Positions 16,435 to 22,949 of a DNA stretch of 38,567 bases are shown here, piece after piece. The notes below the pieces were generated by a model. The model did no database searches. It was not told the DNA's origin and saw only the letters and a list, made by a program, of their open reading frames with translations. Origin of the DNA: a virus. Within the stretch, counting starts at the first letter, position 1, and the number at the start of each line of letters is the position of its first letter. Where the stretch lies: positions 1 to 38,567 of IMG/VR virus record IMGVR_UViG_3300045988_118516, one strand, 5' to 3'. The position numbers and the translations under genes are program-made.

Positions 16435-17103
16435 TTAAAACGGTACGTCACCCGTTGTTGGAATCTCCTCAAAGTCGCTCAGGTCGCCAATGTTGGGAAC
16501 GGCTGCTGGTTGCTGCTGCTGTGCTGCTGCGGCAAAGATACCACCGGATGCAAAGACGTTATTTCCGGTTTGCTTTGGTTTTCTCGGCTCTGGAATCTCA
16601 AAATTACCCGTACGAATCTTTGCAGGGTCGCAGAGAAATGCAGCCTCGGTAAAGTGATTGCCGTTATACTCTGCCTCACGGAACAGCACACCCACGGTGC
16701 AACCTTTAAAAATGTCTGGGTCATATCCTGCCTCAATATTTGGCTCTGGTTTGCCGTTTGCCCGTGCGATGGTGTTGACCTGACCTTTATAGATTGCAAC
16801 GCTCTGCATATACTTTTCGTTGTCGCCCGTCATGACCGGCAGAAAGATTTTGTAGATGCCCTTCCACTTCTGCCCGTATTGACTGCCTGCATCGTCCAAA
16901 TACCGCCGCTGGAAGTGTCCGGCATACTCACCCTCAGACACGTCAATCTGTAGCTTGATGTATAAGCTGCCGCCACTGGTCTTGTCCACCTTAACATTAA
17001 GGATTTTGCAGACATAACCGCCTGCCGGAAGCTTGCCAAACTTGCTGCCAAATGTAGACTCCTGCACACCATTTGCACCTTGGATACCTGCTAACATTGC
17101 CAT
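16435..17103 (-). CDS. DUF669-type SSB-like protein with an acidic C-terminal tip, 222 aa
   Basis: Follows the AAA_24 ATPase, as DUF669 proteins typically do. The C-terminus is ...GDLSDFEEIPTTGDVPF. ATG at 17103 follows GGAGGT. Confidence 0.6.
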   Translation of the reverse strand: MAMLAGIQGANGVQESTFGSKFGKLPAGGYVCKILNVKVDKTSGGSLYIKLQIDVSEGEYAGHFQRRYLDDAGSQYGQKWKGIYKIFLPVMTGDNEKYMQSVAIYKGQVNTIARANGKPEPNIEAGYDPDIFKGCTVGVLFREAEYNGNHFTEAAFLCDPAKIRTGNFEIPEPRKPKQTGNNVFASGGIFAAAAQQQQPAAVPNIGDLSDFEEIPTTGDVPF

Positions 17104-17156
17104 AATAAATACCTCCATAATTTTTATTTGATTTAGTTATGATACATACAGCCAAT

Positions 17157-17786
17157 TTACTCCAGCTGATAGTACTCTCGGATAGCCTTGTCCACGGCTT
17201 TTAGGTCGTTGTCAATCTCCTCCGGGAACAGCTCCATAGGAGATTTTGCCGTGCTGTTGCCGTTGCTTTGCGTTTGGAAATAGTGCCGCCCCGCTGCATC
17301 TGCCTGGCACAGCAGAACGATGGAAAACAGCCCCTCGACCGTCAACTTTTCGTCCAGCATTTTTCCGATGGTTTTCGCTTTCAGCCGCCGATTTCCGGCA
17401 GCGTCATACGAGGTTTCGGTGTGGTGCAAAAAGTACACAATGCAGTTGTCTGGCGTTTTGAACTGAATGAATCGGATGAGATTGTAAAAATTCAGTGCCA
17501 TGTTTGTAAACTTTTCGTATCCTTTCTCACTTGCATGGTTAAAAAACTCAAACGCAAGCAAGTACTGACTGTCATCAATCGCATACTTTGTCTTATTGTG
17601 CTGTGCCAGTGTCCGGATAATCAACGGATAATCTGCCGCATTTGCACACGGCAGCTTTTTGCGAAACGGGAGCGGCTTGCTGGCAACATTAAAAATACCA
17701 ATCTCGCCCGGCTCAAAATTTCGGAGGCTGGTAGACTTGCCACTGCCAGATTCTCCGATGATTAAAACAGGGATACCCATAGCCAT
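17157..17786 (-). CDS. AAA_24 / Sak4-like RecA-fold ATPase, 209 aa
   Basis: Walker A motif LIIGESGSGKST at the N-terminus. The size and the Gp157/DUF669 neighbours support the call. Confidence 0.7.
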   Translation of the reverse strand: MAMGIPVLIIGESGSGKSTSLRNFEPGEIGIFNVASKPLPFRKKLPCANAADYPLIIRTLAQHNKTKYAIDDSQYLLAFEFFNHASEKGYEKFTNMALNFYNLIRFIQFKTPDNCIVYFLHHTETSYDAAGNRRLKAKTIGKMLDEKLTVEGLFSIVLLCQADAAGRHYFQTQSNGNSTAKSPMELFPEEIDNDLKAVDKAIREYYQLE

Positions 17787-17795
17787 CACCGCCTT

Positions 17796-18341
17796 TCATC
17801 GGATTTGCAAGGATTGCGTCTGCACCAGCTGGCAGCCATCCAGCTGACCACCGTCCTGCAAATACGCCTTAATCTTTGTCTTTTGCAGCTCTGGCAGCTT
17901 GTACCGCAACAGGTCGTCATGGTCAGATGCTTGCAACTGCTTTACAAGTGCCGCCTCGTCTGCAATCTGCAGTGACTGCGGATTGTTGCGGATAGAGATG
18001 CAAGCACGCACGCCATCAACTTTTTTCAGCCGCATTTGCGTCATACTGTTCTGCAAATAGTCTTTCAGGTGTGCAGCCCGATGTTCACACGCTTTCCGTC
18101 GGTCAGACAATCTCCGTTCTTCCGCCCGCATTGCATCTGCTCTTGCAAGTAAGTCCTTGATGTACAAGGCAACATTCTCCGCCTTGTCGTTAAACTCTGT
18201 TTCCAAAGCGTCCAGCGTGTCAAACCACGCTGTTTCTGCGTCCTCTGCGGACGCCCCTGCAGCTTCTGCTTGTTCCGTCAGGTCGTCCAACTGGTCAAAC
18301 AGTACGGCAAAATCGCCGGAAATCTCGTATAATTTACTCAT
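17796..18341 (-). CDS. Siphovirus Gp157-like protein, 181 aa
   Basis: The N-terminus MSKLYEISGDFAVLFDQLDD and the position upstream of the AAA_24 ATPase are typical of the Gp157 family. Confidence 0.6.
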   Translation of the reverse strand: MSKLYEISGDFAVLFDQLDDLTEQAEAAGASAEDAETAWFDTLDALETEFNDKAENVALYIKDLLARADAMRAEERRLSDRRKACEHRAAHLKDYLQNSMTQMRLKKVDGVRACISIRNNPQSLQIADEAALVKQLQASDHDDLLRYKLPELQKTKIKAYLQDGGQLDGCQLVQTQSLQIR

Positions 18342-18398
18342 TGACAAACACTCCTTTTTTGTGCTATATTATATAATAGTTATGTTTTTGTTCCCTCG

Positions 18399-18731
18399 TC
18401 ACTGGTTACCGCCAGTGCGAGGGTCTTTTTTTGCCCGTTCTTTCATTAGTTCTTCACGCAAAAATTTGTTTTCTTCTTTAAGCAGCCGTGTCTGTTCATT
18501 CGCTGCTCTCCGGACTTTTCTACATGCTTTCGCTGCTTCCGTGAGTTCGTGTTCTTCCGTAGCTTTCGCAACTTGTTTTTCCATTTTGCGTTTTTGGCGG
18601 TAATTTTTGTTAGCTATTTTCTTCCTGATTGCTGCACATTCTTGGCAATACTTAACCGCATTGTATCTCCCAAGTGTGTCATAATCGGTGTCGGCAATCT
18701 CAATCCCGCACATATCACAATGCTTTACCAT
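18399..18731 (-). CDS. Zinc-ribbon plus coiled-coil protein, 110 aa
   Basis: CDMCG...YCQEC followed by a basic and charged helix. The RBS is GGGGGAGGGA. Confidence 0.6.
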   Translation of the reverse strand: MVKHCDMCGIEIADTDYDTLGRYNAVKYCQECAAIRKKIANKNYRQKRKMEKQVAKATEEHELTEAAKACRKVRRAANEQTRLLKEENKFLREELMKERAKKDPRTGGNQ

Positions 18732-18764
18732 TGCTTTTCATCCCTCCCCCGATGGTGGGAAAAG

Positions 18765-18800
18765 CTGGCTTTTCCTACTGCTTTTCCTACCACTTTTCCT
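18765..18800. repeat. Three tandem 12-bp repeats (minus sense AGGAAAAGNNGT)
   Basis: ctggcttttcct / actgcttttcct / accacttttcct, located in the 5' leader of the 18399..18731 gene. Confidence 0.8.
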
Positions 18801-18817
18801 CGGCATTCCCGAAAAAA

Positions 18818-19216
18818 TCAAATTTCCGGCGGTGGGGGAGTGCTGCTGCATCGCTCTGCACAAACGTCCAGCAGCCGATGTGCAAAGTCGTTGACAATCT
18901 CCGGCGGAATGTCGGTCAGCGTGGTATGTACTCGCCGCCCTCTGTTGTCAAAATGAGTAATCTCAATCGGCATACTCTCGCCCGTCTGGATAGCTACAAC
19001 ACTATCATTTATTAACTGATTGCACTGCTCGTACTGCTTGAGATTGCTCTCCATGCGGTCTGTCTGTTCCCGTGCCGCCTGATAATCAAACCCAGCCGGT
19101 ACGGGTTTTAATTCCCGTCCGGAATCCGCTGCTTGCTTGTCCAGTAGGTGATTGTGCCGCTGCCAGGCAACCCAGCAGATAGCGGCAGCAATGCCGCCTA
19201 AAATCATCGTTTGCAT
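18818..19216 (-). CDS. Membrane-anchored hypothetical protein, 132 aa
   Basis: N-terminal hydrophobic helix MILGGIAAAICWVAW. The RBS is AAAGGAGGGGA. Confidence 0.6.
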   Translation of the reverse strand: MQTMILGGIAAAICWVAWQRHNHLLDKQAADSGRELKPVPAGFDYQAAREQTDRMESNLKQYEQCNQLINDSVVAIQTGESMPIEITHFDNRGRRVHTTLTDIPPEIVNDFAHRLLDVCAERCSSTPPPPEI

Positions 19217-19279
19217 GTAACCATCATCCCCTCCTTTTAAAAAATTCCTGATTCTTCTTCTGCCGCCGTTCTTCTGTGG

Positions 19280-19492
19280 TCATTCGCTCACATCCTTGCT
19301 TAATTTGTCCAGAATCTGGCGTGCTGCATCCATCGCAATCGCACATTCTACACGTCTTCCTTGCTTAGCAAGAGCCATTGTCGTTCCTGCAAACATTGCA
19401 AGCGAGATTTTGGCAACTTGTAAAGAATCCATGTTCTCCAGTTCCTCGATACGCCAGCTGCCTTTGTCAGGTTCAATCGCTGTTATTCCCAT
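19280..19492 (-). CDS. Small hypothetical protein, 70 aa; paralog of the 19473..19715 gene
   Basis: The internal ATG at 19492 follows AGGAAG. AKISLAMFAG aligns with AKIALCAFVG in the neighbouring gene. Confidence 0.5.
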   Translation of the reverse strand: MGITAIEPDKGSWRIEELENMDSLQVAKISLAMFAGTTMALAKQGRRVECAIAMDAARQILDKLSKDVSE

Positions 19493-19715
19493 CTTCCTGC
19501 TCTTCCCCTCGTTCAGAATTCGCCTTGTCTGCAATGCCTTGAATAAGGAAAGCAGCTGCATACAAGATATCATCTCTATCCTTCTGATTGAGTTCGCTCA
19601 TGATGCCAACAAATGCACAAAGTGCTATTTTAGCGGCATCAATTTTTTCAAAACCTCTCACCTTGACCTTAGATATATTGCTCTTTCTGGTTGTTTTGAT
19701 AACGATTTTTCCCAT
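19473..19715 (-). CDS. Small hypothetical protein, 80 aa; paralog of the 19280..19492 gene
   Basis: ATG at 19715 follows GAAAGGAAAAACAGAAAG. The sequence pattern is shared with the downstream gene. Confidence 0.5.
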   Translation of the reverse strand: MGKIVIKTTRKSNISKVKVRGFEKIDAAKIALCAFVGIMSELNQKDRDDILYAAAFLIQGIADKANSERGEEQEDGNNSD

Positions 19716-19908
19716 CTTTCTGTTTTTCCTTTCTGTTTTTACTCCAACAGACCGGGCATGTATACCACCCGGAAAACTGCCAGGATACGTTGTAGTCCTC
19801 CCCGCACTGCATGCAAATAGCGTGCTTGTGTCCGTCTTTGATGTAAATACTGCCTTTTGCATATGTCCTTGTATCTATGCAAAGGGCACGCTTTGGGGTC
19901 GTGCCCAT
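19669..19908 (-). CDS. Zinc-ribbon protein, 79 aa
   Basis: CMQCG...CPVCW motifs, with GAGGAGGGA upstream. The 3' end overlaps the next gene by 47 nt. Confidence 0.45.
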   Translation of the reverse strand: MGTTPKRALCIDTRTYAKGSIYIKDGHKHAICMQCGEDYNVSWQFSGWYTCPVCWSKNRKEKQKDGKNRYQNNQKEQYI

Positions 19909-19914
19909 CTGCCG

Positions 19915-20157
19915 TTATCCCTCCTCTTTCTGGGTTGCTGCGATGTCCTTGGTCTGTTGCAGGCTCTTGAGTAAAACAAAAGCCAGATTTAAGGCGGTTT
20001 CAAATGTTGCTGTGACGTCCTTAGTATGCTGTAGGCTCTTGAGTAAAACAAAAGCCAGATTTAAGACGGTTTCAAAGACCACCTTATCGCTCGGACTGAG
20101 TTCCCGGTACACCTGCGTTATCTGCTGCTGTTCCGTTGCTCTGTTTGCGTTGCTCAT
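19915..20157 (-). CDS. Hypothetical protein containing an internal 24-aa duplication, 80 aa
   Basis: ATG at 20157 follows AAGGGGGTGA. Contains (V/A)LNLAFVLLKSLQ(H/Q)TKD twice. Confidence 0.55.
   Translation of the reverse strand: MSNANRATEQQQITQVYRELSPSDKVVFETVLNLAFVLLKSLQHTKDVTATFETALNLAFVLLKSLQQTKDIAATQKEEG
19942..20085. repeat. In-frame tandem duplication, 2 x 72 bp
   Basis: aggctcttgagtaaaacaaaagccagatttaag occurs at 19961 and at 20033. Confidence 0.9.
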
Positions 20158-20171
20158 AAAATCACCCCCTT

Positions 20172-20846
20172 TCAAGCCTGTCCCAAAAACAGATTGATGA
20201 AGTAAACCTGTCCTTTTCCGGTAACTTTCGGCGTTTTGCTGATGGTTGTGTATCCAGTATGTACCACGCTGGTTTCTTTGATTTCCATCAAACCTTGTTC
20301 CATACTTCGCTGCGTCGGCAGATTGTATTCAGAACCTTTTCGCTTAATCAACTTTGCAAGCTCGCCAATCAGGATACTGCTGCTCGATGCGGTCACGCTG
20401 TCGGCAAATAAAACCTTTGGCTTGTCCTGTTCCATCTGCTTCTGTAGGTCGCTGACGGTCGTTTCCAGCTGCTTCATCTTTACATTTGACAGCTGCAAGG
20501 CTCTCGCCATGATTGCTTCGGGGCTGTTCCACTTCTCTTCCACGCCAATGAAATACTGCCGCCAGAACTTCCCCCTTTCCGTCCGCTGAAGCATACAGAG
20601 TTCCTTTGCCATGGGAATGGTAAGCTGGTGGTCGGTGATTTCTCTTGAAACGTTACGATTTCCTTCAATTTGAACTCGGACATTTTTGTCCAAGTTGAAA
20701 TCAACGCCTTCAGAAAAACCGTACTCTGCCATTCTGTCAAACCACTTTTTATAAGGGGTTTCTACTTCCAGAGCTTCCCACAGCTCCCGACCTGATACGG
20801 TCGGGCGGTCTACGTTCTCGTAGTTGACTTTGATTAGTTCATTCAT
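20172..20846 (-). CDS. ant: Antirepressor (AntA/ORF6N N-domain plus KilA-C-type C-domain), 224 aa
   Basis: TVSGRELWEALEVETPYKKWFDRMAEYGFSEGVDF is the AntA/ORF6N signature. ATG at 20846 follows GGAAAGGAAG. Confidence 0.7.
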   Translation of the reverse strand: MNELIKVNYENVDRPTVSGRELWEALEVETPYKKWFDRMAEYGFSEGVDFNLDKNVRVQIEGNRNVSREITDHQLTIPMAKELCMLQRTERGKFWRQYFIGVEEKWNSPEAIMARALQLSNVKMKQLETTVSDLQKQMEQDKPKVLFADSVTASSSSILIGELAKLIKRKGSEYNLPTQRSMEQGLMEIKETSVVHTGYTTISKTPKVTGKGQVYFINLFLGQA

Positions 20847-20987
20847 CACGATACTTCCTTTCCGGCTTTCGCCGTGCAATTTACCCTTACGGGCTGGGAT
20901 GCCGCTGATACGCTCAACGGCTCAGAAGCGTGTTAGTATAAAGGCAAAGAATGAGGTCTTGCCAATGGCTACGATGCTGCCACACCG

Positions 20988-21012
20988 TCCCCGTGTTGCC
21001 GATAGGTCAGCA
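20988..21012. repeat. 25-nt exact repeat, copy 1 (TCCCCGTGTTGCCGATAGGTCAGCA)
   Basis: Identical to 21371-21395. It lies 5 nt beyond the stop of the 21018..21356 gene. Confidence 0.95.
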
Positions 21013-21017
21013 GGGGC

Positions 21018-21356
21018 TTATTTGTTGTCCATCTCTTTGATTTTTATCGCTGTGAAAAATTCAGCGTGTATCTGTCTGATATTGATGTTCTCTTGCCCAA
21101 GAATTTTTTCGATTTTTTCTTTAAATTCTCTGCGTTCATCTACACATCGTTGAACTTCAACTTCATATTCTTCATGGTTGTCGAATGAAAAATCAAAACA
21201 CGGAATCTCACTTGTTATCCAATTCCGCAAAGCTTCTCCACTTACGTGAATGTTCCATATTGTAACAAGGAAATTCTTGTTTTTAGCCGAATAATCGTCT
21301 ACAAATTCGGACTTTGAAATGATTTCAATTTCAAAACGTTCATTTGAAAGTTTCAT
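21018..21356 (-). CDS. Hypothetical early protein, 112 aa, AT-rich cassette
   Basis: RBS context GAGAAAGGGAACAAAA-ATG. The gene is visibly more AT-rich than the genome backbone and is bracketed by the 25-nt repeats. Confidence 0.65.
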   Translation of the reverse strand: MKLSNERFEIEIISKSEFVDDYSAKNKNFLVTIWNIHVSGEALRNWITSEIPCFDFSFDNHEEYEVEVQRCVDERREFKEKIEKILGQENINIRQIHAEFFTAIKIKEMDNK

Positions 21357-21370
21357 TTTTGTTCCCTTTC

Positions 21371-21395
21371 TCCCCGTGTTGCCGATAGGTCAGCA
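21371..21395. repeat. 25-nt exact repeat, copy 2
   Basis: Identical to 20988-21012. It lies 4 nt beyond the stop of the 21400..21837 gene. Confidence 0.95.
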
Positions 21396-21399
21396 ATGG

Positions 21400-21837
21400 T
21401 TAGCCTATTACATATTCTTTGAGCAAGACATCTGTACCGTGCTTATAAATCCTGATGCAGTCAATTGTTTTTGCATTTTCAGAATCTGTTTCGTTGTTAA
21501 CTCGTAAAATTGCCTTGTACCCTGCAACGCATGAGAAGTTAGCATTGACTTGATATGTGTCCCATCCGTTGACGGTGTGGACATCCACATCGTATACAGA
21601 TTTTCCTATTTTCGTTTCCTTTCCCTCTGTGCTGCTGTTTTCTTCCTCTCTGATGTCATTGATTCTGAGTTCGTTCCCAACCATATGAGCATTCTTAAAA
21701 GAAAACCAGCAATTAAGTGGAGCATATGCCACTTTACCGAAATAGTAAATATTGTGGTTATCATCGTAAATAACGATAATCTGTGGATTTTCTTCGTTGT
21801 TTTCCAGCATTCTGCTGATATAATCATTAACAGTCAT
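21400..21837 (-). CDS. Hypothetical first early protein, 145 aa, AT-rich cassette
   Basis: RBS context GAGAGAGGGAACGAAA-ATG is almost the same as that of the next cassette. This is the first gene of the early operon. Confidence 0.65.
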   Translation of the reverse strand: MTVNDYISRMLENNEENPQIIVIYDDNHNIYYFGKVAYAPLNCWFSFKNAHMVGNELRINDIREEENSSTEGKETKIGKSVYDVDVHTVNGWDTYQVNANFSCVAGYKAILRVNNETDSENAKTIDCIRIYKHGTDVLLKEYVIG

Positions 21838-22045
21838 TTTCGTTCCCTCTCTCTTTACGCTCGCTCAACGCTCGTTTAATGCTCGCCGAGTGTTAAAGCG
21901 TGCAGCCGAGCGTTAAAGTGTGCGTTAAGCAAGTTCTTGTTTAAATTTAGCCGAGCGTTTCGGTTTTCCGCTGGCTCGTGGCTTTCGGTTTTCCGCTGCC
22001 TGTCCTCGGCTGATTTTTAGCTTACGCCCGTTTGTGCGTTTCTGT
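21838..22045 (-). promoter_or_regulatory. Repeat-rich, potentially structured 5' leader of about 200 nt for the early lytic operon
   Basis: GCCGAG(Y)GTTAAAG(Y)GTG at 21885 and 21905, GCCGAGCGTT at 21950, inverted CTCGGC at 22015, and TTTCGGTTTTCCGCTG at 21958 and 21983. Confidence 0.5.
22023..22037. promoter_or_regulatory. Operator-like site TACGCCCGTTTGTGC, just downstream of the early-promoter start site
   Basis: A 14/15 match to TACGCCCATTTGTGC at 22173-22187. Confidence 0.5.
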
Positions 22046-22051
22046 GATTAT

Positions 22052-22080
22052 ATTATACGCCATTTTGGGCGTTATGTCAA
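22052..22080 (-). promoter_or_regulatory. Early lytic promoter, perfect consensus TTGACA-17-TATAAT
   Basis: Minus sense reads TTGACAtaacgcccaaaatggcgTATAAT. The spacer contains the inverted repeat ACGCC-N6-GGCGT. Confidence 0.75.
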
Positions 22081-22097
22081 CCTTTTTCTGCATAAAA

Positions 22098-22142
22098 ATA
22101 TGCACAAATTTTCGCTCTTGGAATTGTTAAATATGTACAAAT
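22098..22142. promoter_or_regulatory. Two ATATG(C/T)ACAAAT boxes 33 bp apart, between the divergent promoters
   Basis: atatgcacaaat at 22098-22109 and atatgtacaaat at 22131-22142. Confidence 0.45.
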
Positions 22143-22164
22143 ATGCGTATTTTTAGAAAATTCG

Positions 22165-22193
22165 TTGACAAGTACGCCCATTTGTGCTATAAT
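22165..22193 (+). promoter_or_regulatory. Repressor-gene promoter, perfect consensus TTGACA-17-TATAAT
   Basis: TTGACAagtacgcccatttgtgcTATAAT. The spacer carries the TACGCCCATTTGTGC operator-like site. Confidence 0.75.
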
Positions 22194-22216
22194 TTAAGCA
22201 AAAGGAGGTGATAAAC

Positions 22217-22672
22217 ATGAACGAAAAGTACAACAACCTTAAAAAGATACGGAAAGAACGGGGACTTACAGTTAAAGAGGTCGTTGAAGGGGCAGGCATA
22301 CCAATGAGGACTTATCAAAACTATGAGTACATGGAACGAGAAATCGGTGCTGGTACGTTGCAAAAACTCGCCGACTTTTACGGTGTAACCACAGACTACT
22401 TACTTGGCAGAGAACCAGCCCCTGACCCGTTTGCAGACCTGAATCTCAACAAGGAATCAGAAGAGGATGTCATTAACAAGTACATGAGCCTGCCACCAAA
22501 TATCCGTGCTTGCCTGATGGATGTCTTGCTGCAGCTTGCTGACGCAGCAAAGCAGCGGCAAAACGCACCGTCTGAAGAAGATACGCAGTGCAGCAAATTG
22601 TCCGTATCGACCGCCCTCGGAACGATTGAGGACGAAATTGAAAAGATGGCTATGGCAAAAGGCGGCGTATAA
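22217..22672 (+). CDS. CI-like repressor, XRE-family HTH, 151 aa, no S24 peptidase domain
   Basis: LKKIRKERGLTVKEVVEGAGIPMRTYQNYEYMEREIGAGTLQKLADFYGVTTDYLLG is a canonical HTH_3 sequence. AAAGGAGGTG lies upstream of the ATG at 22217. The gene is divergent from the early operon. Confidence 0.8.
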   Translation: MNEKYNNLKKIRKERGLTVKEVVEGAGIPMRTYQNYEYMEREIGAGTLQKLADFYGVTTDYLLGREPAPDPFADLNLNKESEEDVINKYMSLPPNIRACLMDVLLQLADAAKQRQNAPSEEDTQCSKLSVSTALGTIEDEIEKMAMAKGGV

Positions 22673-22736
22673 TGCTTACAAAAGTCCTAAAAAAATAGTG
22701 CGTCTGGGAAACACTTAAAAATCACCGAAACAAAAA

Positions 22737-22775
22737 ACCGCCTGTGAGAGCGTGTCACTCCACAGGCGGTTTTTG
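22737..22775 (+). terminator. Intrinsic terminator after the repressor gene
   Basis: accgcctgtg-N14-cacaggcggt followed by ttttt, with an A-run on the other side. Confidence 0.75.
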
Positions 22776-22869
22776 TAACTATTTTTATCTATTTTATGCA
22801 AATCTATACCTGCTATTTTGTCAGCTTATCCAAATATAGTTACATATCGGTTACAAAATCGGTTATAAC

Positions 22870-22898
22870 TTGCTCTTGCATCCGATACTTGCTATAAT
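22870..22898 (+). promoter_or_regulatory. Promoter candidate TTGCTC-17-TGcTATAAT (extended -10)
   Basis: ttgctcttgcatccgatacttgctataat, upstream of the 22950 gene. Confidence 0.5.
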
Positions 22899-22949
22899 AA
22901 AGTAAAAGAGGGTAAAACAATTTTACCCAGCGAAACAGGAGTGATTGAA

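Noticed and set aside
15941-16438. 165-aa plus-strand ORF across the 39-bp repeats
   Set aside because: It is antisense to the replisome-organizer gene. It is kept open only by repeat composition and has no translation signals.
22826-22836. DnaA-box-like TTATCCAAA
   Set aside because: It is a single imperfect copy, far from either candidate origin, and is most likely a chance occurrence.
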